A stretch of DNA of 64,000 nt from assembly GCA_009914755.4 (NCBI GenBank), contig CP086569.2:8032001-8096000 (forward strand), given 5' to 3'. The position numbers and the translations under genes are program-made. A model generated the notes under the pieces. It was not told the DNA's origin. It saw only the letters and a list, made by a program, of their open reading frames with translations, and did no database searches. The DNA is from the human T2T-CHM13v2.0 reference genome, Homo sapiens. Shown piece after piece: positions 14,901 to 26,900 of the stretch (the first letter of the stretch is position 1; every line of letters starts with the position of its first letter).

Positions 14901-16780
14901 GATTCATGTCTTTTGGATACAGTGCTTAAAATGCTACACTTCTCATTGGAAGTAGGGTTCAGGCAGTAGAGGAGACACATAACCTAGACAGTGCGTCTAG
15001 AGATATGTTATAATATTTTCTGCAAAAACTGTTAACACAGGAGAGTCAAATTAACGAGGTTCTTGGCACAGGTCTATGTCAAAATGTCATCTGTGGGCTA
15101 TAACTAGGCAGGATTATTAAATCACGCAGGAGCTGGGCAAAGGTACATGTTACAATAACACCTGTGGAAAGGTTCAGTGATGAGAGTCACCATCCTGCAC
15201 ATGTCCTGGATCCAGGTACAAGAGTCATTATTAGGCCTTTGTTGTGGTCTCAGGTATATGGCTCAATATCACCTGTGGGCAGGGAGAAGAAAGGAAAGTC
15301 ACATCGCTTGAATGGGTGTTGGTCTAGTGAAATGTCACCAGCCTCCTTGTGGGCAGGACCCTGGAAGAAGAGTCACATCATGTGGATTCTGGTAGCAGTG
15401 ATATATCTGAATCCACACTGTGGGTAGTGCTTAGGAAGGAGAGGAGACGAACTTCACATAGACTATTAGTCTTCATATGTGTAAAATGGCACCTATGTGC
15501 AGGACAAAGGCAGGAGAGTGACCTCATCTTGGTGCTGAGTTCAGCAATATGTCACAATGTCTCTGGTGGTCAGAGCCCAGACAAGAGAAAAGAAACATCA
15601 CCTAGGTGCTGAGCCAAGTGATATGTTACAATGCTTTCTATTGGCAGAACACTCCTCCCCCCAAAAAAAGAGTCACATCATCTGGGTACAGGACGCTGTA
15701 TTGTCACAATGCGCTATAAGGGCAGAAGCAAGGCAGTAGAAGAAAGTCACATCATTTTACACGATGGACCTAGATAAAAGCCACGATGCTCTTTTTAGGC
15801 AGGGTTCAGGCCAAGATTTTACATTAGCTGGTTGTTGGTACCAGTGATATGTAGAAGTGCCCTTTGTTGCATTGACAAAGAAGGTGCTATATAATGCTTA
15901 GGTGCTTGGTGCATGTATGTCACAGTTTGAACTGTGCTATGGGCCTAGAAAACAGGGTGAAAACCTTCAGAGGCAGGTCAAAGTCATACTTCTCAATCAT
16001 ACACTTGAAAATGTTCAGAAATAAGTTTGACAGTCCCACAAAAGTCCTGGCTTCAGGCATGTGAATGAACACCTCCTATAAGTTGGGTTCAAGTACTACA
16101 GGAGTCACTATCTCAACAATGGGTAAGATCCATATATAAGAGCCCCAATCCCACTTAAAGATTGTGGTCCAGTAGGAGAGTCAAAACACTGCAAGTCTGC
16201 TGAATCATAATTCAAAAGCCACCAAGCCACCTGTGGGTCATATTCATGTATGAATGTAACAATTTCAAGCTTCTACTGTGTACGTGTGTGAGATTTAGTA
16301 CCCTATTCCTAGGCTTTGCTCATGTATGAGAGTGACAATCGTGTCAGCTGTGTGTGGATCCAAGAGCCACAATAGCACCTAGGTGTCGGTGCCTGTTATG
16401 ACACTATTTGTGTCACTCAGGTTTTATATGATATGCCTGAGTAAGTAGCATACTTCCCTCTGAATTCTTACAGGTAGAACATCTAGAACTTTACCCATGG
16501 CCATAAGACTGGCTATGAGAGTTGATATATTTCCCCTGGTGGGGTCTAGGTATGAGACATATTATTGTGCATATGAGCTAAATCCAGGTTTATGTCACAA
16601 TCTCACTTTTGGATAGAAATATGACAGAAGAGTCACATCATCTGGGTAATGAGCCAGGGAAACATTTTAACCTCCTTTGTAGGCAGGAGCCATGCAGAAG
16701 AGTCATAGAGCATGGATAAAGTCTCCAACAATATGTCATCATGCCCACTGTATACAGGGCTGAGAAAAAAGCGGATACTC

Positions 16781-17080
16781 GGCTGGGCATGTGGCTCATG
16801 CCTGTAATCTCAGCACTTTGGGAGGCTAAGTTGATTTGATCACCTGAGTTCAGGAGTTCAAGACCAACCTGACCAAGATGGTGAAACACCGTCTGTACTA
16901 AAAATATATAAAAAAATAGCTGGGTGAGGTGGCAAGTGCCTGTAATCCTACCTACTTGGGAGGCAGAGGCAGGAGAATCGCTTGAAACTAGAAGGCGAGG
17001 TTGCAAAGAGCTGAGATTGTGCCCTTGCACTGCAGTGTGGGTGATAACAGCAAAACTCCATTTCAAGGGAAAAAAAAATA
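16781..17080 (+). mobile_element. Full-length Alu (AluS-like) inserted in the array, followed by a short (TA)n/'gtggatatatata' microsatellite.
   Basis: 'ggctgggcatgtggctcatgcctgtaatctcagcactttgggaggctaag...gagattgtgcccttgcactgcagtgtgggtgataacagcaaaactccatttcaagggaaaaaaaaa'. Left and right monomers and a poly-A are present. Confidence 0.85.
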
Positions 17081-20000
17081 TATATATATAGTGGATATAT
17101 ATATCGTGGATAGTCACACGCTCTGGGTGCTGGGCTCAGCAATATGTTATAATTACCTCTTCCGGCAGAGTGCAGGACAAAAGAGAGTCACATCACCTAG
17201 GTTTTCCACTCAGTGGTATGTCACAATTTCATCACTGGACAGGATTCAGGCAGGAGAGGAGAGTCATATTACTTAGATGCTAGATCTAGCGATATGTCAC
17301 AGTGTCCCCTGTGGGTAGGGCACTGGCAGGAAAGACACATCATCTAGTTAATAGTCCAGAGATATGTGATAATATTCCCTGTTCCCTGAGTTCAAGTAGA
17401 AGAGTCACATTGTTATCATTCTGACTCAGTGATATTTCTCAATGCACCCATGGGAAAGAACTGAAATAACATAGTCTCAACACCGGGTTACTAGTTCTAG
17501 TGACGTGACACAATCACCTTATCTTTTAGGGTAGCACCTTTAATTGTTAGCTTGGTGTGTATATGTAAGAGTCACAATCTCACATGTGTTCTTCTTCAGC
17601 TTATAACACAGTCTAAAACATCTGAAGGCTTTATGCAACATGAATGTGAATTGCAAACCATTCTAAGGCCTATGTGCTCATATTGACCCAAAATCTTACA
17701 TATTGCCCTAAATTCAGTTATGATAGTTAACATCTCTCTTATAGGCTGGGTTCAGACAGGACACATCTTGTTATGTCTGTGACCTGGTTTCAGAAAATAA
17801 TCACTATGTGACATGTACCAAGATCCACAGATGAAAGTCACAATTCCATCTTTCTAATTTATTTATTTGCTAGACTAAGACCTTCAACAGTGGGCTTGTT
17901 AATGTGAGATAGTGACAACTTTTGCTCCCACCTGCATGTGTAATCAAGAGTCACAACCTTAACCTTGTGCTGGGCCCTGTTATGAAGGTCTGTGTACCAG
18001 CAAAGGAGTTTACAGTGTATGAGTTATTATTGTAAACATCTGTGAGCTTTGAACACTATGCAACTCATAACCTTATATATTGCATTAAGCTTACTGATGA
18101 GAGACAAAATACCTATGACAGGTGGAATCCCAATTTAAGTTTGATTATCATGCCTGTGAAATGAAGCAACATAAAATTTATAATCCCATTCACAGAAAAA
18201 TAAACTTGGCAGGAGTGTAGCATAATTTAGCTGCTGTGAATATGTCACAATGCTTTCTCTAGGCAGGGTCTAGTAATGAGGGTTACATTAACTGTGTGCT
18301 GGAACCAACAATATGACACAATGCTATATACATATATAAAACAACCCAGACAAATGTTGAGAGCAAAACCCCTAGAGATTTGCCGAAGGTATGTAAAAAT
18401 ACTTTCTGTTGCACTGGCACAGGCAGGAGAGTTATATCATCAGGGTGGGGGGCCCAGCAATATGCCATAATTCTCTCTTTATGCAGGACACAGGTAGAAG
18501 AGAAATGTCATCTGTGTACTGGGTCCTGCAATACATCCAACATCCTTTTCATGAGCATGGTTTGGGAAAAAAAAAGAAGAGTCACATTACCCAAGGATTG
18601 GGCTTAGCAATATGTCACATCATCCCATTGTAAAGACTCAGGCAGAAGAAAAGAGTCACATCACATAGGACACGGGCCCAGATATATGGCCCAGTGTCCC
18701 AAGAAGGCATTGGTCAGGCAGAATAGAAGAGTCATATCATGTAGGTGCTTCCCTAGGTATATGACACAATCTAATATGTGAGTTGAAGCCAGGCAGATGA
18801 GTCAAATCAGCTTGATGGTAGGTCTATAGATATGCTGCATGTCTCCTTAAGAAAAGACCCAGGTCAGAGAGCTACAACAAATACTTGCAGGTTCTGACCT
18901 TATGTCACAATGCTCCTTGTGGATAGGGCTCCAGCAGGGAGTCACATCACCTAGGTGATAGACCTAGAGACATATCACAGTGTCATCCTTGTGGCATGGT
19001 CCTTGTGAAAGAGCTCCATCTCCTGTTTGCCCGGCCTAGCAATATGTCACTATCAAGGTAAGCAGGATCCAAGGTGGACAGCAACATCACCTATGTGATA
19101 GGCCCAGAGATTTTTCACAGTGCCCTCTTCAGGACACAGCATTAGCAAAAGAGTACCATCACCTGTGTGTCTGGCCCAGCCATATGTCACTATCTTCCAC
19201 TGTGTACAAGGCTCATTCTAATGAACAGAGTTATATCACCTAAGTGGTTGAAACAGTGATATGTCACAATTATTCATTTGCATGTTGCTCAGTCAAAAAT
19301 GTAACATAATCTGGGTGCTGGATCTAGTGATATGTCACGATTCTTACGGAGAGAAAGGCCCAGGCAGGAGAGTCACATCACCTAGAGGCTGGCCCAGGTA
19401 GATATCATAATGATATATGTGGGCTGGAACCAGTCTGGGGAGTCAAATCACACAGGTGCTGGGCAAAGATTTATACCACAATCACACTGGCAGAAAATTC
19501 CTGAGTTGAGATTTACAATACTACACATGTTCTGTTTTCATGGGTGACAGTTGGCTTTATATATGTGAGAGGGTGACAGTCCTTACTTTCAGCTGGGTGT
19601 GCATATGAAACTCATAATTTCACCTTTCTGCTTGGTTCCATTATTACACTCTCTGTACAAACCAAGGGCTTTATAAAATATCTGAGGCTATAATAATCTT
19701 CTGTAGCCTCCTTTTCTATCAGAAAGAGATTTAATCACTGATGTTTCTAAAGCAAGTTAGGAAACTCAAAATTACTCCTATTTGTGGGATCTATATATGA
19801 TGGTCATTATTATTCCTGTGAGCTGTAACTAGTAAATTGTGTGTATCACAATTTACTCTGTGATAACGAAAGAGTTACAACAGCCAAGCCACTTAAATGC
19901 TGAGCCAGAAATGCCTATTGTTGTCAGTGTCCAGGCAGAAGAGGAGAGAATATTACCTCAATGATAGGACCAGATATGTTTCAAAATGTCTCCTGTTGAA

Positions 20001-21800
20001 AGGACTAGGCAAGAGAGTCATATGATTTGAATGGAGTGCTTATAAATGCTACAATCCCCAGTAGTACCAGAGTTCAGGCAGGAGAGGAAAGTCTGGGTAA
20101 CCTAGATAATGGATGCAGAGACATGTTACATCCTTCCTGAAGGTATTGTTAAGACATGAGAATCTAATCAGCAAGGTGCTCAGCATAGGTGAATGTCTAA
20201 ATATTATGTGTGGGCTACACCTCAAAAATTGATTAAATCACTGAGAAAGTTGGGTAAAGGTATATGTCACAAAAACACAGGTGGAAAGTTCCAGGAATGG
20301 GAATCACCATCATGCATATATCTTGACTCCAGGTTTAAGAGACATGATTAGTCCTCTTATCTTGTCTCAGGCATATGGCACAATATGACCTGTGGGCATA
20401 CAGAAAGCAGGAACGTCACATCCCCTGGGTGAGTGCTGGTCCAGTGAGATGTCACAATTCTTCTTGTGGGCAAGACCCTGAAAGAAGAGTCACATCACCT
20501 GGATGCTGGTTTTAGTGATACATCAAAACTCCCCCTGTGGGCAGGGCATAGGAAGGTGAGGAGACTCACTTCACCTAAGCAATGGGCCTAGATATATATC
20601 ACAATGGCCGTTATGTGCAGGAGCAAGGTATGAAAGTGACTTCCTCTTGCTTTATTTAGCAATATATCACAATCTCTCCTGTGTTCAGTGTGAGGCAAAA
20701 GAGGAGCAACATCACCTAGGTGCTGAGCCAAGTGACATGCTATAAAGCTTCCTATTGTCAGAACCACAAACTCAGAGTAGCATCACCTGGGTGCAGTACT
20801 GAGTTATGTGTCACAATGCACCATAAGTGGAGGGCCAAGGCAGAAGAAGGGAGTCACATCACTTACATGATGAACCTAGATACAATCCACAATGCTTTTT
20901 ATAGACAGGGATTAGGCAAAATTTCACATCACCTAGGTGCTGGTCCAAATGATATATAAAAGTGCTCTTTGTAGGCAGGTCCAGGCAAATTTTCTTAGGT
21001 GTATGGTCCACATATCTCACAATTTTATCTGTGGTCATTGCCTAAAAAGGAGAGTAAAGTTATTCAGGAGCTGGGTTAACTTTTATGTCCTAATCACACA
21101 CTAAGAAATATTCAGAAATACGTTTCAAAGTCCCAAACATGTCCTGGCTTCGTGTATTTCAGTCAACATATCTTGTGAGTTGGGTCAAATCAGAGGAGTC
21201 ACAATTACAGCAATGGGCAAGATCCACTTATAAGATGTCCAATCACACATGAAGATTGTGTTGCAGTAGGGGAGTCATAGCCTCATAGGTGAAAGTCCTT
21301 ACTGTCAGCTGAGTGTGATATGAGACTCACAATTTTACCTTTCCTCTAGGTTCTGTTATGCCACTCCATACAAGGCAAGGGCTTTGTAAAGTATCTGAGG
21401 CTATTATAATCTTACGAGACCTTTTTACCAGAAAGAGATCAAAGACATTACTCTTGTTTCTAAAGCAAGTTACAAGAATCAAAATTACTCCTATTTGTGG
21501 GGTCCACATATGATACTCATTATCAGGTCTGTGAGTTGTGCCTAGGTATATGTCAAAATTTACTCTGTGGTAATGAAAAAGGCCCGACAGCTACATAACC
21601 TAAATGCAGAGGCAGGAATTGTTCCAATAGTTTCCTCATAGGCAAGCTCCTGACAGAAAAGCCCTATAACTTTGGAGCTATGCCCAACTGTATGGCACAA
21701 TGTCCTTTGTGGGCAGTGTCCAGGCTGAAGAGGAGAATCATATAATGTAAATGACAGGCCCCAAGTACGTCACAATGCCTCCTGTTGAAAGGGCGAGGCA

Positions 21801-22870
21801 TGTATGTTTTCTAATTATAGTCATTTTAACTGGAGTGGCTTGGTATCTTATTGTGGCTTTGATTTGCAGTTTTCTATGAATAAATAATGATGAGCATCTT
21901 TGCATGAACTTGGTCACTTTTGTCTTCTTTGGAGAAATGTCATTTAAGCTCTCTTGCCTATTATTAAATTTTGTGTTATTTTTGCTGTTAAGTTTGTTGT
22001 ATATTCTGTATCTTTTCCCTGTGTCATATGTATATTTTGCAAATTATTATTCTATGCTGAAAATTGTCCCTTTACTCTGCTATTTTTGCTATGTAAATAT
22101 TGTTTAGATTCTGGTGATTTCACTTGTCTGCTTTTGCTTTTGTTGCCTGTGCTTTTGAGGTCCGATTTAAAATATTTTTCCCTCTCCTATTTGGTAAATA
22201 ATTTCTCCATGTTTTATTCAAATACTTTTATAGGTGTCAGTTTTATATTTAAATCTTTTTTATTTTTATGTAAGTTCTTTTATGGTAACAGGTAGGCACC
22301 TAGTTGTTTTCATTTAATCAATTTTCCTTGACACTGTTCATTGAAACTACTGTCTTGCCTTAAATGCATACACTAAACAACTTAAAAATTACTTGGCAAT
22401 AGGTTTATTAACTGATTATTGTGATCACTGCATACTTTGGTCTATATGTCTGTTTTCCATGCCAATATCATTCTTTCTTGTTATTAGTTTTGTCATATAT
22501 TTTGAAGTCAGTTAGTCTGATGCTTTCAGCTTTATTTTTTTCACAAAATTTCTTTGGCTATTTGGGAAGTTATTTTGTTCCTTATAAATTTTAGGCCTGC
22601 TTTTTCCATTTCTGTGAAAAAAAAAAAGTCATTGGTGTTTTTGTAGGCTTTGCACTGCATCTGTAGATTGCTTTGAGTAGCATAGCCACTTTAATAATAT
22701 TTTTTATAACTCATGAGCAAAAAAATTGCTAAAATTTTTCATTTTTTTAGTTTCTTCATCAGTGTTGTATAATTTATAGTGTAGAGGGCGGTTTATCTTT
22801 TTAATTAAGTTTATGGCTAGCCACCTTTATCTTTTATTTTAGGTGCACTAAAATATTTGGAAAATTTTAA
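21801..22870 (-). mobile_element. Old L1 (L1M/L1PB-like) ORF2 fragment in antisense orientation, abutting the array boundary.
   Basis: 'cttggtatcttattgtggctttgatttgcagttttctatgaataaataatgatgagcatctttgcatg' and 'ccatttctgtgaaaaaaaaaaagtcattggtgtttttgtaggctttgcactgcatctgtagattgctttgagtagcatagccactttaataat' match the reverse complement of the L1 ORF2 region downstream of the RT domain. The sequence is highly diverged. Confidence 0.6.
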
Positions 22871-22889
22871 CATGCCTTTGTGATTAAAA

Positions 22890-23330
22890 CAACTGAATAA
22901 ATTAGGTGTAGATAGTATTTACCTCAAAACAATTAAGGTAACATATGAAAAATCAAGACCTGATATCACACTGAACAGAGAAAGAAGAAATCTTTTTATT
23001 TAAGATCTAGAACAAGACGATGATGTCTACTTTTACCACTTTTATTGAACAGAGTACTGGAAATCTCAGCCAGATCACTTATGCAAGAGAAAGAAATAAA
23101 ATACATCCAAATAAAAAAGAGAAAATTTAATTATCTCTGCAGATTACATAATTGTTTATATAGGAAAGTTTAAATACTACACTAAAAAGCTTGAAAACAA
23201 AGAAATTTAATAAAGTGGCAGACTACCAAATTAAACTACAATAATTAGTAGTAGCATTTTTACATGCCAAGAATAAGCCATTTGGAAAATAAATTCAAGA
23301 AAAAAAATCATTCTCAACAGCTGTAAAATT
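22890..23330 (+). mobile_element. Old L1 ORF2 reverse-transcriptase fragment in sense orientation, inverted relative to the adjacent fragment.
   Basis: 'aacaagacgatgatgtctacttttaccacttttattgaacagagtactggaaatctcagccagatcacttatgcaagagaaagaaataaaatacatccaaataaaaaagagaaaatttaattatctctgcagattacataattgtttatatagg' corresponds to the L1 RT region '...MSTLTTSIQHSTGSPSQSNQARERNKRHPNRKRGSQTISLCR...'. No other check was run. Confidence 0.55.
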
Positions 23331-23464
23331 AAAAGTCTTACTTCATTTTATGTTCATTGTTGTAATGAACCTTACCCCAACATTTTTTATCATTTAGATG
23401 TTCAGTGTTCTTCAAGCCATTTGTTAGTCAGACTGTGCCTTTCTCATTCTGAGTGACATAGACA

Positions 23465-23945
23465 GAAAATAGCCAAGGAAACTTTTAACATTGTGAGTGA
23501 TAGAGGAGAATGTCAAGGGTCCTGGGCAAAACTCTGCCATCTAAAACAGCTGGAAGCCTGAAAAACTTAAACTGTGGATTTTGGATGAAGCTGGCCATTT
23601 TCTGACTCTTTCTCTTTAAGTAATACCCACCTGTGCACTGGGAAAAGAAGGTGGAGCCATGGAAATTCACATTTTTTGAAAGGGGAGAAGCCTGGATTAT
23701 TCGGTTGCTATGTGGACACCTGGTGTTCACCAATCTGTGTGGTGGGGGCCCGTTAACAGGATAACCTCTCATTTTGCTGACAGTTTTGTTTGTTTGTTTG
23801 TTTGTTTCTGTTTCCATTTTGCCCAAAATCTTTTCTCCTCATGCTTCAGTGTGTCCATTATCTTATACCTTCCTGGTCATGTGACAAGTTCATAGTTTTA
23901 GCTGAAATAAGGAAAAAGTTCTACAGTTCAGTGTCTACATGTGAG
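23465..23945 (+). repeat. LTR-like dispersed repeat, copy A of a direct pair. Contains a (GTTT)n run at ~23775–23800.
   Basis: Roughly 75–80% identical over ~440 bp to 28128–28564 in the same orientation. Shared strings include 'cacctgtgcactgggaaaagaaggtggagccatggaaa', 'ctggtgttcaccaatctg' and 'ggtcatgtgacaag...tgtgagg'. Confidence 0.4.
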
Positions 23946-26900
23946 GCTTGAGGAAATGTAAGATGTAAATCAATTTTTTTTTCTCTTTTACTTGTAAGCC
24001 TTTTCATCCTTGGACTTCTCCCGAGGGTAGAGGAAACCATGCACCACCCCACCATAACAGCCCAAAGTACATGCGAGATGACAGGTGAATGTCGGCTTTT
24101 AACCCCCATCTCTTCTGGGATGTAAAGTGCCAGAAATTTACGATGTCTTCCCCTTCAATGCCCAAGAGATCCAGCCTCATCCAACAGCAATTAAGTTTTT
24201 CACTGGGTTGAAGGAACCCTATTACATAAGAATAAAAATTTTCTTCCCTGCCCTACATTTTAGACTTTTTTTTTCACCCTGTCAGCAGTTTATTTTTAAG
24301 AAAAAGGCCTTTTTTCTTCTTAGAAGAGGTTTTGCTGGGCTAGGACCCCAGTGATCACTGCTTATATTCTTTGTAGAGTATTAATTTGAAAGGGTATTTG
24401 TGATATTGGTCTTGAGCTGCGGCCAATCTGGTGTGCTTTGTATGTCATTCTCTATGTTTGCTATGAAATTTTACTGTAGGCCTCCATCTTGTTGTATGTT
24501 TTTAGGACTGTGACCTGTAATCACATGGTGATGTTTCGTTTTGGACTCTGCCATTTTACAATGGTGGCTCAGGTTTAATCTTGGCTTAGGAAGTGAGTGC
24601 CTTCTGGTTTCATATCAGCATGTGACTTTTGCCATTTTCAGATTCTCTTTTCCTTCACAAATTGCCTTATATTGTTTTTTTCTGACCACCTGGTAAATTA
24701 TCTTTAGTAAAGTTGGAAAGCCAGAAATACTGGCTGCTTGGGGCTGGTAGAGTCAGGTAAAAAAAATAATAAAATAATTTTCTTAAAGTGTGCTCAACTT
24801 AATTAAAAGTGGATATCCAAATTATAGGCATATTTAAAAGGCCTGTATGTTTTTCTCTTCTGGGATCTTGTTTTGCTGGTAAAAGGTTTTTTCTCCACCA
24901 ACTGAATTATTTTTCTTTATTATGTCTTGCCATTGTAGTGCATGCATGTCAGAGCAGTAATTTAATCAGAAAATTGGCAAACAAAAAATCTTATGGCTAC
25001 TGGGTTTTCTTCTGCCTGTATATGTATATATATATGTGTGTTGTGTCTGTGATGTCTATAAAAAGAGCTCTAATAAATTTAATTGAAAAATAAATACAGC
25101 CTTAAAAGTGATCGGTAAAACACAAATGTCATCAATATATGAGTAGGTGGACTAAATTATTCAGGTCAGATACTAGGTTTGCTAAATGTTTCAAAATTAT
25201 AAACTGCTTTTTTTTGAGAACAGTTTAACCTTGCTTCACAATTGGTAAGGCCTGAGGACAAGTGGAATTAACAACATCCTTAATTATGTTGAAAAAAGTG
25301 AAACTCTTGGCTACACCTAGCACTTACTTAATAAAATTTACCTGGTTTTATACTAAAGTTAAAATTGTTAGAAATTACCATTACAATATGTAATTGAAAC
25401 CACTGGAAGTAGATTTACATATGAGGTGTGTAAGAGCAGTAAAATGTGTTTTTAAGAAAAGACTAAAAGTCATGGAAATATAAATTCTTGCCTAGGGTCA
25501 AGCAATTGTTTTGAATTACATAAGATAAAGCAAAAAGTTCAAACAAGTTGTAGAAGTCTTGTAAAAATAAATGTTGACAGAGGAATTCTCTGTGTGAATG
25601 TTAATTAAATTCAAAAAGGTATTATATGGGTTTTTTGTAAATTGAGCCTTAAAATAAAAGCACACAAGTTACTTTTAAGGCATGTGTCTATTCTTTAGCA
25701 AAATTTGTAAAGAATTTATAAAAGCTTTTTGCTTTTTAAATTTGTAAGTCATCATTTTGGTTAAATAAGTAATTTATGGTAATCTGGAATTTTATTTTAT
25801 AACATCTAGTGTTTTAAACCCCTAACATGTAACATCCTTCTCAAAATCAAACTTTAGTTACAAAATTGTTTTTCCCACCTTGTGGCTTTTGGATGCTAAA
25901 GGGAGCCCCTAGAGTATCCACAAGAGAGGTAAACAGGATTATATGGCATGTTTAGTTACATAGAATTGCCAAAATGGTGTTCAATATTCTGTAGATGATA
26001 TTTTGATGAATAATACTTATACATGTTCAAAAATTGTATGGGATTTCAAAAATTCTAATGTCTGAAGTATATGCTATCAATCAAAGTGAAGATTGTTTAA
26101 GATATTGTAAACCACAGAATAAACTGAAATTTTTTGTCAATCTTATTTCTGACTGTAACTACCCTGGGCAATTTGTTATACACAGACAATTGTTGTCTGT
26201 TTTGATTTTTTTTATAAAGTGGTTTTTAATCAGCTACAGATCTTTGACAGGTCCTCTCAATTGCAGGTTTCTAATCACTTTGGAGCTTGTGACATTGGAA
26301 TATAAGAAAAAAGTACAGCATAATGAAGAGCTAAAATGTTCATGAATATCAAACAAAACAAGAGTTAACTGAAAGGGGTGGACTAATAGAAAACTGAAGT
26401 ATTTTTTCTGACTTTTGATTGTAACATTACTGCTTCTTCTATTGTTTACCAGAGTCAAGGCAACTTATTTTGAGCTATTTACAGCCTTTAACATTTGAGT
26501 AAGGTGTACTCCTGTGAACAAAATATAGAATATGTTTGCCTCTCTCTGCCTGGCTTCTCCAGAATTTGAAAAGTAGTTCTGAGTCTTCTAAACTTATGGC
26601 AATATAACTGCTTGCATCAGAGCAATAATAATCCATTTTCTTTTCCAACAGGGCACACCTGCAGAAACTGGTTGTTTTACCAAGGACTTGATTGAAAGGG
26701 TTTGCTTCCCTTTAAGGAGTCAAGCTCAACTTGCAGAGCCAATAAAAGCCCCTTGGAAAAACAGGACTCATACCTCATCTATACAGTCATAGTGCAGGTT
26801 TATCTGTGGAAAGTAAAGAATGACACTTTCTGACAGCCCCAGGGACTCCAACTTTATCTTGGGACCATAAGAGGAGAGAATCACCCAACTCATAAGTATT

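Larger units (their letters stand above)
1..21800. repeat. Complex beta-satellite-like tandem array (block 1). Monomers are ~68–72 bp, grouped into ~1.55-kb sub-blocks and a ~4.7-kb higher-order repeat.
   Basis: Motifs 'gagtcacatcacctaggtgctgg...atatgtcacaatg' recur every ~68–72 bp. Example: 'ataggcccagagatctatcacaatg' at 6775 and 'ataggcccagagatttgtcacgatg' at 6912 are 137 bp apart, i.e. two monomers. Three ~600-bp landmark segments recur: Y at 760, 4310, 8990, 15990, 21090; Z at 5850, 10850, 12780, 17910; X at 2700, 7360, 14380, 19550, 21290. Spacings are Y->Z ~1.55 kb, Z->X ~1.55 kb, X->Y ~1.6 kb. The family name is from memory (68-bp Sau3A-type beta satellite, Repbase/Dfam BSR) and was not verified by search. 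Confidence 0.8.

Noticed and set aside
17080-17100. Short (TA)n / 'gtggatatatatatcgtggat' repeat after the AluS tail.
   Set aside because: A trivial microsatellite or short duplication at an Alu poly-A tail. Noted within the Alu feature only.
126-21800. Dozens of 60–160-aa six-frame ORFs inside array block 1 (for example 126–398, 265–627, 1373–1822, 8339–8800, 16638–17117).
   Set aside because: They lie entirely within the 68-bp periodic satellite or the Alu and L1 inserts. Their amino-acid sequences show periodic, low-complexity repeats of the same few words (for example 'HHLG...SD..QC' or 'VTSP..' motifs) and they occur on both strands. These are products of a stop-poor repeat, not genes.
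24127-25093. Short ORFs (24127–24354, 24809–25093) between the LTR-like repeats, which might have been retroviral gag or pol remnants.
   Set aside because: The peptides have no retroviral motifs (no CCHC zinc knuckle, DTG protease motif, YXDD RT motif or similar) and are low complexity.
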